Shown piece after piece: positions 11,604-24,782 of a DNA stretch of 64,000 nt. The DNA comes from Podarcis bocagei (lineage: Eukaryota): NCBI GenBank assembly GCA_964188305.1, contig OZ076890.1, one strand, 5' to 3'. A program made the position numbers and the translations under genes. Numbering within the stretch: position 1 is the first letter of the stretch; every line of letters starts with the position of its first letter. The notes under the pieces were generated by a model. The model worked only from the letters and a program-made list of their open reading frames with translations. It had not been told where the DNA came from and searched no databases.

Positions 11604-12113
11604 ATGAAGCCTAAGCACTTCCTCTGCCTGCTGCTGAGCTGCTGCTTCCTACAAAATGGTGACTGCAAGCGTCACAGGCCAGACTGTGCTGCTGTTCTCT
11701 GCCTAGCTTGTCCTGACAATCACAAAGCTGTGACCCGTAAGGACCAGTGCTGTCCGCGCTGCATCCCTCAGTGCAAGTGCCCTGCGTTTCTGAAGGAAGC
11801 TTGTATCCAGGAAGGCTATGAAGATGGGATCCTTCTCCTGGGACAGTCTGTGATTATTGACTTTGGGACCCGAAAGTGTACCTGTGGAGAAGATCATAAC
11901 ATTGTCTGCGCTTCCACTTGCCCTAAAATTTCTCCAGCTTGCAAGTATATAGGAAGACCCCAGGATGGCTGTGGAATGTGCGCTTGTCCCACTGATGATG
12001 AAAATTTTGTACCTGCTGGTGAAGTCATTGAAAGAGAATGTAAAATTTGTAAGTGTCCCCCAAATGGGGGGCAGCTTCAGTGCACCTTAACCTCTAAATG
12101 CTCGCTAGGGTAA
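11604..12113 (+). CDS. Secreted cysteine-rich protein; stand-alone homolog of the fibulin-2 N-terminal Cys-rich (Na, VWC-like) subdomain
   Basis: 169-aa intact ORF; signal peptide MKPKHFLCLLLSCCFLQNGDC; 22 Cys in the mature part; motifs CCPRC, GQSVIIDFGTRKCTC and CKICKCPPNGGQLQC align with fibulin-2 CCATC, GQSYFVDFGSTECSC and CRACHCPDAGGELIC (recalled sequence); G at -3; AATAAA cluster ~12334-12352. Confidence 0.85.
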   Translation: MKPKHFLCLLLSCCFLQNGDCKRHRPDCAAVLCLACPDNHKAVTRKDQCCPRCIPQCKCPAFLKEACIQEGYEDGILLLGQSVIIDFGTRKCTCGEDHNIVCASTCPKISPACKYIGRPQDGCGMCACPTDDENFVPAGEVIERECKICKCPPNGGQLQCTLTSKCSLG

Positions 12114-15100
12114 AAAGTACCCTGTATCATGGGAGCTGGGTGGTGGTAGTTCCATAGCATTACTAAATAAGCATCCTGGTGTTTTAGGGAATACAGTAGT
12201 AGAATTTTAGCTTTGAGAGGGACCTTGAGGGTCATCTAGTTCAGTGCCAGAATCTTAAAGCTACATCAGCTCTCATGAATGTCAATGAACTTTTCCTAAG
12301 AATTAAAGAGTTACATAATCTATGGTATTATTTTAATAAAAATAATAATAAAGACTGGAGTTTAAATATGTTTGGATCCTTACTTAAATCATTATTTGGT
12401 TGAGGCAAATATAGGAAATGCTTGGAATTTTGAAAAATAACTGTGATAATAATGGTTAATAACATATTATATTCATAAATGAGGAAACCTTGGCATACCC
12501 AAATGGGATGCAATTGCTAAGTGGCACCATTAATTGGCTTTCTGTAAAAGCAAAAATGGCAAGGTTTTATGGTTTGGGATATTTTGATTATTATTTTTTG
12601 CAATCATTGTTATGCCCCAACCCAGTGAGGGGAGTCATAACTAGTATGTATTCTCACTCTTCACATTATCTACAAAAGTACAGTGTATAAATTGCTTCGG
12701 TATAATGAAGTTCTTCTCCCTCCGTCAAAAATACTAGAACTTGGCATCAAATGAAATTTCATTGTCTGGGAATTCTGAAGCAGCAAAAATATGTCTCCAC
12801 ACAACACAGAATTCATTTATGCAATTCATTCCTAAACGTTGTAGTGATTATCATTAGCTTAAAGGGCATTAGAAGCGGATTAAACAAATTCATGGAAGAC
12901 TTATCTATCAACAACTGTTTTGAATAATGCTAAATGGGGTCCTTACGTTAGGGATGGGGCACCTGTGGCCCCCCAGATGCTACAGAAGTCCATCTCCTAG
13001 TGGCGAGGATACTCAAGAGTTCGTTGCATTTCACATATGCTAAAGTGAACAGCGAAGCAATCAGCACTATAGTGGCACCTAGAGACAGTAAGCAAGTATG
13101 AAATCACTGACAAAGGGAGACAGCACCTCACCCACCATCCATGCATTCCATTCAATGAGAGAACACCAGGAAGAGAACTACCAAATGCTTGTGGGCAAGA
13201 TATCCATGTACAGAACTGCAAAAAAGCAGCTGCACATATTGAATGCATGCACTCATCTTAAAGCTGCTACTTATGCATCCTGCTTCTGAGTTAACAAAAT
13301 GGGATCATAGCAACACGAAAGACTACAATCCCCCCCCCCTTTTTGGTTTCCAATATGGGCTGTTCTTGGCTAACTGGATTGTTTTTATTACAATACAAGG
13401 GGGACTATGACACCCTGCTCTTATATACTCTTATGCTCTTCCATATACTGCACTTATATACTCCTCTCCCCGACAATCCCTCCACAAGACACTTGCTTGC
13501 TGAATCAAGAAATCATCCCAGCGTCTCCCTTCTGTTCTGAAGTCTGCACGTGTTTTCAACATCACCCCCAAGTCCATGCCTTCTTCTCCCCTTTCCTTTT
13601 CCGCAACCTCCACCTTGTTCACAGACCAACTCCAGGGTCATCTCTCTTTTATGCCCCTGCCCTGCCTTCATGAAAATCCAGGATGCCACAGATCCCCCAG
13701 TTGGGTCAGCACGGTGATGGAGTAGTGCAAATATAGTATTACAATATTAAACAAGCTATCTATGACAAAGAAATAAAATTTTAAAAGCAAGAGTATTTGA
13801 TTCTCAGTGCTGCATCTGCACAAAGGTTCAGTAAGCAGTGACTCTCAAGTATCTTAGTAACAGGCCCCATAAGAGTATTTTGTTCCAATATTTTATCCAC
13901 ATAGCTACTACCATTTCTCTTGGGAGTCAGTATTCTACAAATATTGTGCCTGAAATCATACACAATTACCAGGTGGTGTCATTAAACTCACTGGGGCTTA
14001 ACTTCTGAGTTAAGCATAAGATTGCCCTATTATGATCCTAACTGGAAATTTTAAAAAACTAGCTTGGGATGGGATAGGACCTTCTAAATGGTCTTTTTAA
14101 AGGACTTAAAAGTTTGATATCTCTTTCACTTTTATTTCAGAACAACAAAGAGAGAAGATATTTTGAACTAATTCATTGCATAGCTTTTCGTTAAGCTTGT
14201 CTACAGTTAAAAACACAACATTCCCAGATCAGTAAGAATGTTGCATTTTTGCTCCTATAATCTAAATAATGACTTGTGTAAAGAATCATGCAAAATATTT
14301 TCCAACTTAAAGACCTGGGGAAGGATTTCTAAACAAAACTGATGTACAAAAGAAAAACAAAATTGATATCTGCATTATAGAGTATTGAAACAGGAACACA
14401 GTAATGTGACAATTGACCTTAATTAAAGCAATGTGAAACTTTACTTTTAAAACACAAAGTGAAGAAATCATGCTTTGAGTTCAGAGGTTTCATGTAAAAC
14501 ACATTGATGAATCATAATTATTTTGCCATGCTGGTTCAAATATTTCATTAAATGACAAAACAAACTGAACAACTAGGTTTATCAGAGTTTAGATTTTAAA
14601 GATTGTCAGTTATGAAGATAAAATATTTCCTGATACAACTGAAGACATGTTTTTTCTCTCTGCCAAAATACATAGACTCTAACAAATGGGAAGTACCCAA
14701 AACATAAGGATTAGATACTATAACTTTTTTTAGAAATGGGGATCCAATGACTTATTTTGCAGACAAAACCCATAATCATTCATCCTACGTAGGTTATGGA
14801 CCTCAAAGTCTAGCGTGCTTTCCTTTGTATTTCCTGCATCAACAAACCAATATTTAAATATGCTATAAAGTCTACTTTGTGTAATGCTGTTATCACAGGC
14901 AGACAAGCACTTGTAAAAGCAGTTGTCATTGACCTTTATAATAGCCACAATCCAAAGAAGTGGGCATATGAATGAGTTGTAACCACACACACAGTCAAAA
15001 GCCTTTTCTAGTTGTCACTGAAGCAAAAGTCTCCTCAAAATGTTAAACAAGTTTAAGAAAATGTAATTTGGGTTTGGTAAACACAATCTACTTCCACTTG

Positions 15101-18100
15101 TAATGGCATTCCAATCATCAGTAACATCCAATATGTTTCAAAGAGAAAGTAAAGCACATTAAGTATTGAGAAATGGATGCTTAGCACATTTCTACCAAAT
15201 GTGATACATGTAATTGAACACACCATGATTGGCTGATGCAGCCTGAATCTCATAATGAATCCTGGATTAGTGGTGCACTTCTGGGTTCCTTTGTAGAGCT
15301 ACTACCTCATTAAAGTGATACTAACTTTCCTAAGTTGAACTGGAAATCCCAAAACATCTTTTGTACCTTTCTCTTGTACTACAAGAATTTTTAAAACATG
15401 TCCTTTTGACCATACATGGCTGGGCTACAGTGCTATCCCAAAAACACAGCTCAAGTCTTCTGCCCTGTTTTTTGCACATTAATGGCATAGCAAGCATACA
15501 GCTACTTCTGGACACCTACTGCAGAGTTTATTTTTCTTAACCGTGCGTGGCATTCAACTGAGCTTTACTCAGAGGAGACCTGTTGAAGGTAAGGACATGA
15601 TGACTAAGGTAGGTCCATTCATTTCATAAGGTTCGACTTTGAGAAAAACTAGAATACCATTCTGTTTTGGTGGATCAGTTTACCATCTCAGGAGAAGGAT
15701 GCCAATACATACACCAGTCATAAATAATAGCACCATTATAAGACACATCAAAATAAACTACACTCATTCATCTAATGCGATGATTGAAAATGATTACTTA
15801 GCTCGCACATATTTGGATATCAAGTTTTCAAGAGTTTAAATTCTTCTTAAGTCCAGAAATGCTTTTCCAAACATTTCTGTGGATAAGAGAAAGTTTCAAG
15901 GTATCTGGGCAGAGCTGCAATTTCTAGCTCAGTGCTGTTATAACTGTTCCAACCAACTGCAATGAAACTAAACAAAAACACAACTCAGCAAAGAAAGGCA
16001 GAGCATTTGCCACCTCCCAGTTTCAGGTATATCAAGAATTTGCTTGTGCTGAAGGGTAGAAGACCCATGTCCAGAACTCAGCAGAAAGTTGGAGTCCAAA
16101 CCCAGAACCATCAAACTGATATCCATCCCAAAGATACTGATGATTTGCTTAATGTGGGATTGTTTTGTCTTCACAGAAGTCACAGCATATTAGTTACAGG
16201 CTGGCATGCTCCAATTTTGACATTTCTAGATCTGTTAACCATGGCTGTGAGAACAGACATGTGCAAATGAATTTAACATTAAAATATATACTTCAGAGGC
16301 TATGAAATAAATGAAGAATGGTTTGGTTTCCTTTTGTTAAATAAGCCTGCATACAGGGGAGGCCTGTCTTTGAAATTCAACAGCATTTGGCTGATTTGTA
16401 TTTTAAAAGGGCATACAGTGGCCAATATAAACTCATGTCATGTGGAAAATACTTTGCACAGTAAACTGTTTGCATGCAGGTAGTCCATCACAGTGGCTTT
16501 AATCCCTACAGCCCAAACTGGGGGGGGGGGGGGGACGGGACCCAAAAGGGTGAGAGCAGATCCAAGTGTGAGCTGCAACTGCCCTCTGTCTTTTACTTAA
16601 AATGGCCACAATCTACCACCTGCAAATATGTCTTGGGTACTCCATTCGACATGCCTTTGCCCCAAATCCCCTTTACACTTTCAGAAAGCCTGCTTTTGCT
16701 CTGAATTACATCACAAGCATTTCAAGTCTAGGCGTTTTACAAATGAAAAGAAAATGTTGCTTTGGGTCTATCTCTTGCTAACACTTTCTAATAACAGAGA
16801 GTGTGGAAATATGCAGCTAAAACAGGGAAATGTTTTTGTATAAGAAAAAAGGGGGGGGTTCTATGAAGTGCTACTGAAAAAAGTCAAGAAAGGGTGCTAT
16901 CCTAGGTAACTATTTTAAAGCCAATAAAACACAATGAACAGACTACCATTGAGCTATGGTACGTTCAGATGCACAAATGTTTGTTGCATTTCATTAGCTC
17001 TTTCAGTGGTGGTGTTTAAATGTTGTGGTTTTAATGAGGCCTGGTATTATTCCTATATAAACTTGCTACATTATACTAATGTTTCCCCAAACAAACCCCT
17101 TGTAAACATTTTTCCACATCTTAACACTGTTCAGAAAATTTCAAAAAGCATGAAAGAGAAATTATGGGTTAACCCAACTTTCACACAACTGTAATGAGTG
17201 TGGTGTCTATCTAGGCTTTATGCAAAGTGTTTCAGTACATTCTTGATCTAAGGTTGTCATCTCTCGGCTGTCTCCTTGCTTTGTATTCGTAGCTTTCTAA
17301 GGCTGTCTTTTTCCTCCCCTTGTGAGGCTATGGAGATCACAGCACTCTTGTCAACCTCTGTCTGCTGCCTTGCTTATCTGGTGATCAGGAGAGTACCTAT
17401 GGAATATGAGATAAAAATAAGACATGTACTCTGTAAAGTGGGTCTATTTGAGCATTGTAGTAGTGTGGTTGTCAATGAAAAAAACAACACTTTTGTATAG
17501 TAGGGGCTGGTTAACATAACATCTCAGATCTTGTGCTGTCTATACCAGTGCTAAGCTACCTGGACAGGCAAATAATGATGGCGTAGAGACATTACTCACC
17601 CAGGCCATGTTTGTGGGAAATTGATTATGGATCGTAAAAGAACCTCTATCAAGTAGATAGAGCCATGCTGTCACCATAACATTTGGATTGGGTCTGATAT
17701 AGCCTAGAGGTAACAGAATAAAAATGTGATTTGTTCTTCCCAACTTCAGACTTACCTACACAGGAAAATAGGGCTAGTGGAGAGGTACCAACTCTTTTTA
17801 AAGCCCACCCCAAAACCCCAGGGAAACAAATTCTTTGAAGGCTTCGTAGAATCAGGACTTCCAACCAAGTTAATTTATCACATTCAGCTAGAGATAAATC
17901 TGGATTTTGTTGGTGCAGATAAAGTCACCCAGTTCCTCCAAATAGCTAACCAAGCCCCCAGGGCCTATTATCTAAAGCAAGCAATGGGAAAATACCAACT
18001 GCCAGTAGTGTCAACGGCACTACACACAAGACTATAAACAAATTCAAGAGGTATGGGGTGGGGAGCTAATGACATTTATGGTGAAGGCTAATTTATCATC

Positions 18101-19782
18101 ACTATTTTTGAGTGCTGAATGGTATAGTTAGTATGGTGAAGCATTGTTGAGATTGTGCAAGTAAGGTTGTGCTTGAGAAATTCATTTTTATCTTAACCTT
18201 ATCACATACTTTGGCTATAAAAACAACAATTGAGAAGTGGCAATAGTGTGGGGGAAAGATGTATCGCAGTTCAGAGGCTAATATCCATGTTCTGTCAACA
18301 GGTACAAAGTGTGTACTGCTATAGATTTTATCTTGATTATAAGGCAAGATTTTGGGTTTTTACTCCCTATGCATACCGATTTATCGAATCACTTGGGAAA
18401 CAGGTTTCGATATAGACTGAAATGTAACATTAGTTTATACGGAACACAAATCAATGCTTAACAATAACCAAGACCCCATTAGGGACTGGGTCCTTCTCAC
18501 ATCACCACTTTATGCCACAATAGGCTGTACCACTATGGGATAGCAGAGATCCATAGAATATGACATAGGCATGTTTATTCAATTTGGACTGTTTTCATAA
18601 CCTTCCAAATAGGAGTACTAAACATTTTTCTCATGCTCAATACAGTCATCATCCCAATTCTTAGAGAATTTATAAAAATATTTTACTCCAATAACCTGAT
18701 AAGGTAAAAATAAGTGTTTTATAGCAAATTATGAACAGACTCACTAGCTATGAGTAGAGCTGCTAAGTTGCAATCCAGAAATCCCCCTTGTACCATTAAA
18801 TCTACCACTGAATTGGGACACTCACTGCTTCTTTTGCCCATTCCAGTTCCTTTGTTGCCCTCCCCGCCATCGCAACCCCACATATTTCAAGTAGGATTCC
18901 AGCATGCCACAGGGCTGGTGGATAAAATGACAAGTAGCAGCTGTGTCAGTGACAAAATCCAAAGGTACAGGGGGAATCTAGGGTTTCCACCAAACAACTA
19001 AATGAGAAATTAAGTTCATTTTAAATGCCATACATTCGTTACTGACTCACACGTTTCCACTTTCTTTTATGTGTTTTGTTGCCCATTTCAGACTGGCAGG
19101 TTTTTTTTTTAAGGTGCAGAAGCATCTTTCAAATCTACATGGCTAACTTCATAAACAAATCCCAAACACTAGTCTGACATGCTTTACATTTACATTGTTA
19201 AACCACCTAGAGTAATCTTAAAATGACAGGACTAATTGCATAACTCTCCAGGAGACTGAAGTACTTTCAAATTCTCCCACCAGGGCAATTTCATATGTCA
19301 CAAAACTGCAGCAGAGATGATAGACAACAGCAACCATTGAGTAAGATGATGATTGTGTTATGGGTATATATTTAAACCCATGCTAATGTAAAGTTAACTC
19401 ACCCGCGAGGCATCCATCATCTTTCCCCCAGGACTGCAGTCCCATGACCCCCCCCCATTCCCTTATTAGGGGAATCTGGGATCAATTTTGTGAGTGAAAA
19501 AATTACCCTGAGAAAATAACGGGGTGATTATGTTTTTTCTCTCTCTCTCTTAAATTACTAGAATTTCAAAACCAAAACCAAAAACAACACATTTGAAAGA
19601 AGTTGCTGCACCTGTAAAGACACTCTTTAAGCCGACTATGAAATACAAAAAGTGCACTCTTCTATATCTACATATAAAACATATTAGAAATAAAACTTGT
19701 GTAAAATGTTTGCTGTGCAAACTATAAAAAGTCAGTCAGTCTATTGTTTCTCCTATATATTTAGGCCAGATTCTCTTGCTTC

Positions 19783-19994
19783 CTATTGCAGAGAATCACT
19801 GTTATCCAAGACCAGCCCACTGATGTTTGTGGTTGAGAGGTCTGCTCCGTCATCTTCAGTGCTGTCCACAGATTCATCCTCACTTTGCCCTGCCATCATG
19901 ACTTGTTGAACAGCCAAAGTAGTACCATCAGACGAAAGAGATTGCAGACTGTCTACATTCATGTTGACTGGGGCTGTAATTGTCACAACGGCTC
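19783..19994 (-). CDS. PKNOX1: PKNOX1 last coding exon (acidic C-terminus)
   Basis: ctcag|GA GCC GTT...; AVVTITAPVNMNVDSLQSLSSDGTTLAVQQVMMAGQSEDESVDSTEDDG...LDNSDSLQ*. Confidence 0.97.
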
Positions 19995-21079
19995 CTGAGA
20001 ATGGGGAGGAAAAACAAGGGTCCAGTTGGAACAACAATTCAATTCTTTTACAAAATCCACAGTTCTTACTCTGAAAAACCTATTAATGAAAGCCAAAGAT
20101 CTAAAAATTAAAAGTGAATGAAAGTTGAATAAGCTATTTGAAATATCTTTCTTCATACAAGTAATTTCCATACAAGAGATGTCAGTTTTAGTCTAGTGAG
20201 ATTTCTGAGTTTTGAACATTTTGGAACACGCTTCTCATTTATCTTAATAAACAGTGGGTTTGTGCTTTTAAAATCGGGCTGCCAATGAAAAGCAATCCCA
20301 AAGCTGTTAACTTTTAAGGCTACAATTCTATATACAATTACTTGAGGAAAAAGCCCCAGTGAACAAAGTGGAACTTGCTTCTGAATAAACATGTGTGAGG
20401 CTGAAAGTGTGTACCAGACACAGGAATGTTTAACCACATTGAGCCATTACAGACCTCTGATTATATGAATGGTGCCGGTACATAGGAGGGAGAAATAATC
20501 CAATTTGGCACATGAATCATGTGATCCATGAAGAACTGCTGCTATGCTAAGGGCATGTTCCTAATTGCCTGATCAGTGCTGATGGAGGGAGCTACAACTG
20601 GGTAGAGGTGTCCCTCTACTTGGCTCTGGTGGGCTCCACTGGCTGCATATGCCTATGCTGAAAGCACAGCTGACTGGGCAGTTACCTCCAGCAGTATTCC
20701 CACTGGTGGTAACTAGTGTAGACCTCCAAACAGGGTGCTCCAGTGCTGAAGCAGGGCTGGGGATGAATCTGATGGATCCTCAGCAGGCCAACTGCCAGAA
20801 AAGAGGCCCAGTTCAGACCCACCCCCTGCTGCACCAGCCTGGAGCTGGCATGGCAGAAGAAGAAACTGGCCCCGAACTGGTCTGCCTTCAACAGTGTGAG
20901 CAGCAGCTGGGGGTTAGAATTCTCTGAAATCTATTTACGTCAAGGGATTATTTTTACTAGAGAGATTGCACCCCTTTCATTCATACAAACTGTTTGCGAA
21001 ATTGTCTGACAGGCTCAGGAGAGTTTCTAAAACATCCAGTTTGCAAAGAGTAAATAAAGTAGCTGAGGAATCTGCTCAC

Positions 21080-21252
21080 CATCTGACATTGTAAGTTCAT
21101 TTGATTGATGCTGAGCTACTCCTGATGCAATGGAGTCTGGCCAGAACCTTTGAACTGGTCGGTTTTGCGCTGTTTTCTTCTTTGTTTTTGGAGTTTCAGA
21201 ACAGCTGGAGTCCAACATTGGCTGAAGAATTCGTCTTCTAGCATTGATAAAC
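21080..21252 (-). CDS. PKNOX1: PKNOX1 exon, homeodomain helix 3 C-terminus
   Basis: 173 nt, AG/GT flanked; (W)FINARRRILQPMLDSSCSETPKTKKKTAQNRPVQRFWPDSIASG...MSD. Confidence 0.97.
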
Positions 21253-21870
21253 CTAAAATGACCAAAAATGAATCTTATGAAGACATCCGTAAAATCAGAC
21301 TCTCTATACCCAAGCCCAGTGCTAAGCAGGATCACACACACACACTTGGCTGATACAAAGGGAGTATGATTCTGCTGCCTTTGGGTGTGGTAGAGAGTTC
21401 CCTGCAGGGAGCTTTCTGGCATACTGAAATTCAGTGCTTAGCAGAATCGCCTGCCTCCACACAACATTAGTCAAAGTGAAGGGAGGGTGATTCTGCTTGG
21501 TCCAGGTGCTCCTTGTTTCTCCTGTCCTGTCAAAGGAGAGGAGTGGGGAAACAATCACTTTGCCAGCCCTTTGTTCAGATCTTCCCAAAGCACAGAACGT
21601 GAGCCTGATAAAGTGGTACCAAAATGCAAATCCTGCACAAGGTATTCTCACAGCTGGGCAGGACAACACACCTGTCAATCATGTGGCATACTCACTTGTC
21701 AAGGATGATTCCAGTAAGGATCTGGCCCATGACCACCTCTGCCCTACATCAATCCCGTCCAGTTTTAGCTTTACATAGCAGCCCAAAGGAAAATGCTGTA
21801 TATTTCTATGTGACTTTTCAACATAGGTGAATTTTGTAACACAAAAAGTGGCAAATTCGTTGTATCTTAC

Positions 21871-21947
21871 CAGTTGTTAACCTGAAGTAATGTTAGATTG
21901 GTTTGTGCTGCTATCTGTTTTTTCTCATCCTCTGTTGGATATGGATG
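21871..21947 (-). CDS. PKNOX1: PKNOX1 exon, TALE homeodomain
   Basis: 77 nt; HPYPTEDEKKQIAAQTNLTLLQVNNW (PYP TALE loop). Confidence 0.97.
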
Positions 21948-23318
21948 CTACAGACAGGAAGGGGGATGGAAAAGTTATAAGAACTTGCTAAAGATATGCA
22001 ATAAGCACAATACAAAAATCTGCAACCATAAAGCAAAGGGAATACAATTTAGTGTGGGATTAATTCTATGCTAATTAGATAATTTCTGACCAGATAAACT
22101 AATTTTTGACAACACACGTCACAATGATTTCATATGTGTAGATTGAAATTTTCATTGTTTTATGTAATATGTTGATTTTATGACACCGATTACAGATAAT
22201 TATTTATTACTCTAATAATGAAAGGAACATTATTCTTTAGACTCCTACTTCTGTGAACTTAAAATACTCACTGCTATTACAAAAACCAACGCATTCTCAT
22301 CCCTAGTACTCCAATTTCTATAGTCTCTGGCGCTAGTTCCCAGAAAAAAAATATTCACAGGTAAGGAATTGAAAAAGACTGCAAGGGAAAGGAAATCTAC
22401 AATAACTTCAAGGATTCTGTCACCTGCAGGGATCTCCATACTCTTTTTCCTCTGTACTTTTTTAAAAAAACCTTTAGTCTCAGTTTTTTGTTGCTATATT
22501 AACTTTTATGAAATCATAAAATGAACTAGCCAGTTTCCCCCAGATGTAATGAATGCATTTTTTCCCCAGAATTCTCACAGAAAATTTAAATTCCCTATCT
22601 TTTCAGCATAATAGCTGGCAGACCAATCTTTGCTGATATCCCTGATCGATTGACAGTTACTGGCCCAGTTTAGGCATAACTGATAAGACAATTAGTAATT
22701 GGGTGAAATATAAACTGAGATTATTAAAATGCTTAGCACAGTAACAGAAGAAGTAGATAGTAAACTGTCAAGCATTTATTATTTAAATGGGTGCAATAAA
22801 AAATTCCCTCCCAGGAAAAAAAGAAGGCAAGTGCTAGCTTCAGAACATCTTTAACCTAGCTCTGTGCAATTCTAATATCCAGTGAAGTCATGAAACCTAA
22901 AAGAAAGCCAGAAAGGACTTCAACATCAACCTTCAAATGATAACCAGGCTGACCACTACATTATTTTTTAAAAAGAATTAACAATATAACTTTATCCTTA
23001 AATGTCCATGTGGGGGAGGGGATTATTCTCCCAGCTGTCCTTGCTAGATGGCATGATCCTTGGGGAACACAGCATGTGATAAAGCTGGATTTATCACATT
23101 GTGTCATATGGTAGGGATAAAATACCGTGTGGAGTTAAATAAAAGCATTACCAGTTAAAAATCTACAAGAGAAACATAGCTATTTCTAGTACTATCTATA
23201 ATGTACTTAGTATAGTAATTCTAGTAATTTATCAGGAACTGTTAAGAATTAATACAAACCCATTTTTGTCTCCTTGTAGTTTCATAAGATGTTATGCAGT
23301 ACAGTTCAAAAGGGAATA

Positions 23319-23666
23319 AGGTAAAGGGACCCTTGACCATTAAGTCCAGTCGTGGCCGACTCTGGGGTTGTGGTGCTCATCTCACTTTATTGGCCGAGGG
23401 AGCCGGCGTACAGCTTCTGGGTCATGTGGCCAGCATGACTAAGCCGCTTCTGGCGAACCAGAACATCACACAGAAACGCCGTTTACCTTCCTGCCAGAGT
23501 GGTACCTATTTATCTACTTGCACTTTGACGTACTTTCGAACTGCTAGGTTGGCAGGAGCAGGGACCAAGCAACAGCAGCTCACCCTGTCGCAGGGATTCA
23601 AACCGCCAACCTTCTGATCGGCAAGTCCTAGGCTCTGTGGTTTAACCCACAGCGCCACCCGTGTCA
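23319..23666 (-). mobile_element. Sauria SINE, near full length
   Basis: Characteristic Sauria SINE body (ggtaaagggaccc...gtcatgtggccagcatgact...ttaccttcc...cagcgccacc); 14-bp TSD TTCAAAAGGGAATA at 23305-23318 and 23667-23680. Confidence 0.9.
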
Positions 23667-24453
23667 TTCAAAAGGGAATACTGGATCACATATTACATTT
23701 AGCCATGCAGAAAGTTCAAGTTATTTTAATACCTTTGGATGAAGCCACCAGCACTGGTAGCTTGTTACATATATTGCTCTATTTGCTAGAGCTGAAAATA
23801 CTGCTGCCCAAACAGTACAATTTGAGGGGGCTGAGTATAATAAATTTGATCACGAGTACATGGACTGTGGAGCATTCCTGTTGAGCGTTCCTCCCCCACC
23901 TCCAAAAACATACAGCCAAAGGGACTGAATTCTTTACAAAAGTACATATAACATGTGAATTAAGAAGAAAACCTGTAAAAACTTTTGTCTGACCTTTCAG
24001 ATCATAACGTAACTTACTATGCATGTAGGTATTACAGGAAACATGTGTGACCCTAAGCTAACAAGGCCCCTTTTGAGAGTGTGGAGTGCATTTAGTACAG
24101 CAATCTGCACAAAGAAACATGCTACTGCATTCTAGCCCCCTAGGAACTGGTTCAGATTAACAGAGATATAAATATATCCCTCAAAGGACTACTGTTCAAG
24201 GGAGCACAGGATTAAAAAAAATCCTCAGCATGATGTAATAAAACCAAAAATATCTCTAAAATTTAAGATCACAAGGTTATATAATAGACATCCACTGAAT
24301 TTGTGCCTGATTCAACTCTAATATACCAAGTTAATATATTCTGAGTAGGTAGTTAAAAGCTTCAGATTTTGCCAAAACATTTTCCCCTCATGCAGATACC
24401 AGCAGAAATTATCAGAATAGTAGTGATTCCCAAATCACTGTGATCAACCTTAC

Positions 24454-24582
24454 CCCTATGTGCTGAAAAAGCCAAGACCTCATCACATTTGTAGCATGCT
24501 TTGGAAGAACTCCTCTTTTATTTTTTGATGACCCGTCATCTTGATGCAAGATGCTTAAATCTTGGTTTAATTGTAACTGGAG
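24454..24582 (-). CDS. PKNOX1: PKNOX1 exon, homeodomain N-terminus
   Basis: 129 nt; LQLQLNQDLSILHQDDGSSKNKRGVLPKHATNVMRSWLFQHIG. Confidence 0.97.
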
Positions 24583-24684
24583 CTGCACAGAGATTCAGAA
24601 GTAGCAGGCAGTTACTAACACACCATAATATTACCATGTTTTTTTAAATATTTCACTAAAAAATGCTTATAATATAAAACAAAC

Positions 24685-24782
24685 CTGTGAATTCTGGATC
24701 CTGATGGTTCCAGGTGACAAAGCTTGTGTCACTACTTGACCTTGAGGTGTGACCACAGTCACTGGCTGATACACCGTACCAC
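24685..24782 (-). CDS. PKNOX1: PKNOX1 exon
   Basis: 98 nt; GGTVYQPVTVVTPQGQVVTQALSPGTIRIQNSQ. Confidence 0.95.

Noticed and set aside
11168-11668. 166-aa antisense ORF overlapping the novel gene
   Set aside because: Includes translated (CA)n repeat and has no recognisable protein features; the + strand gene explains the locus.
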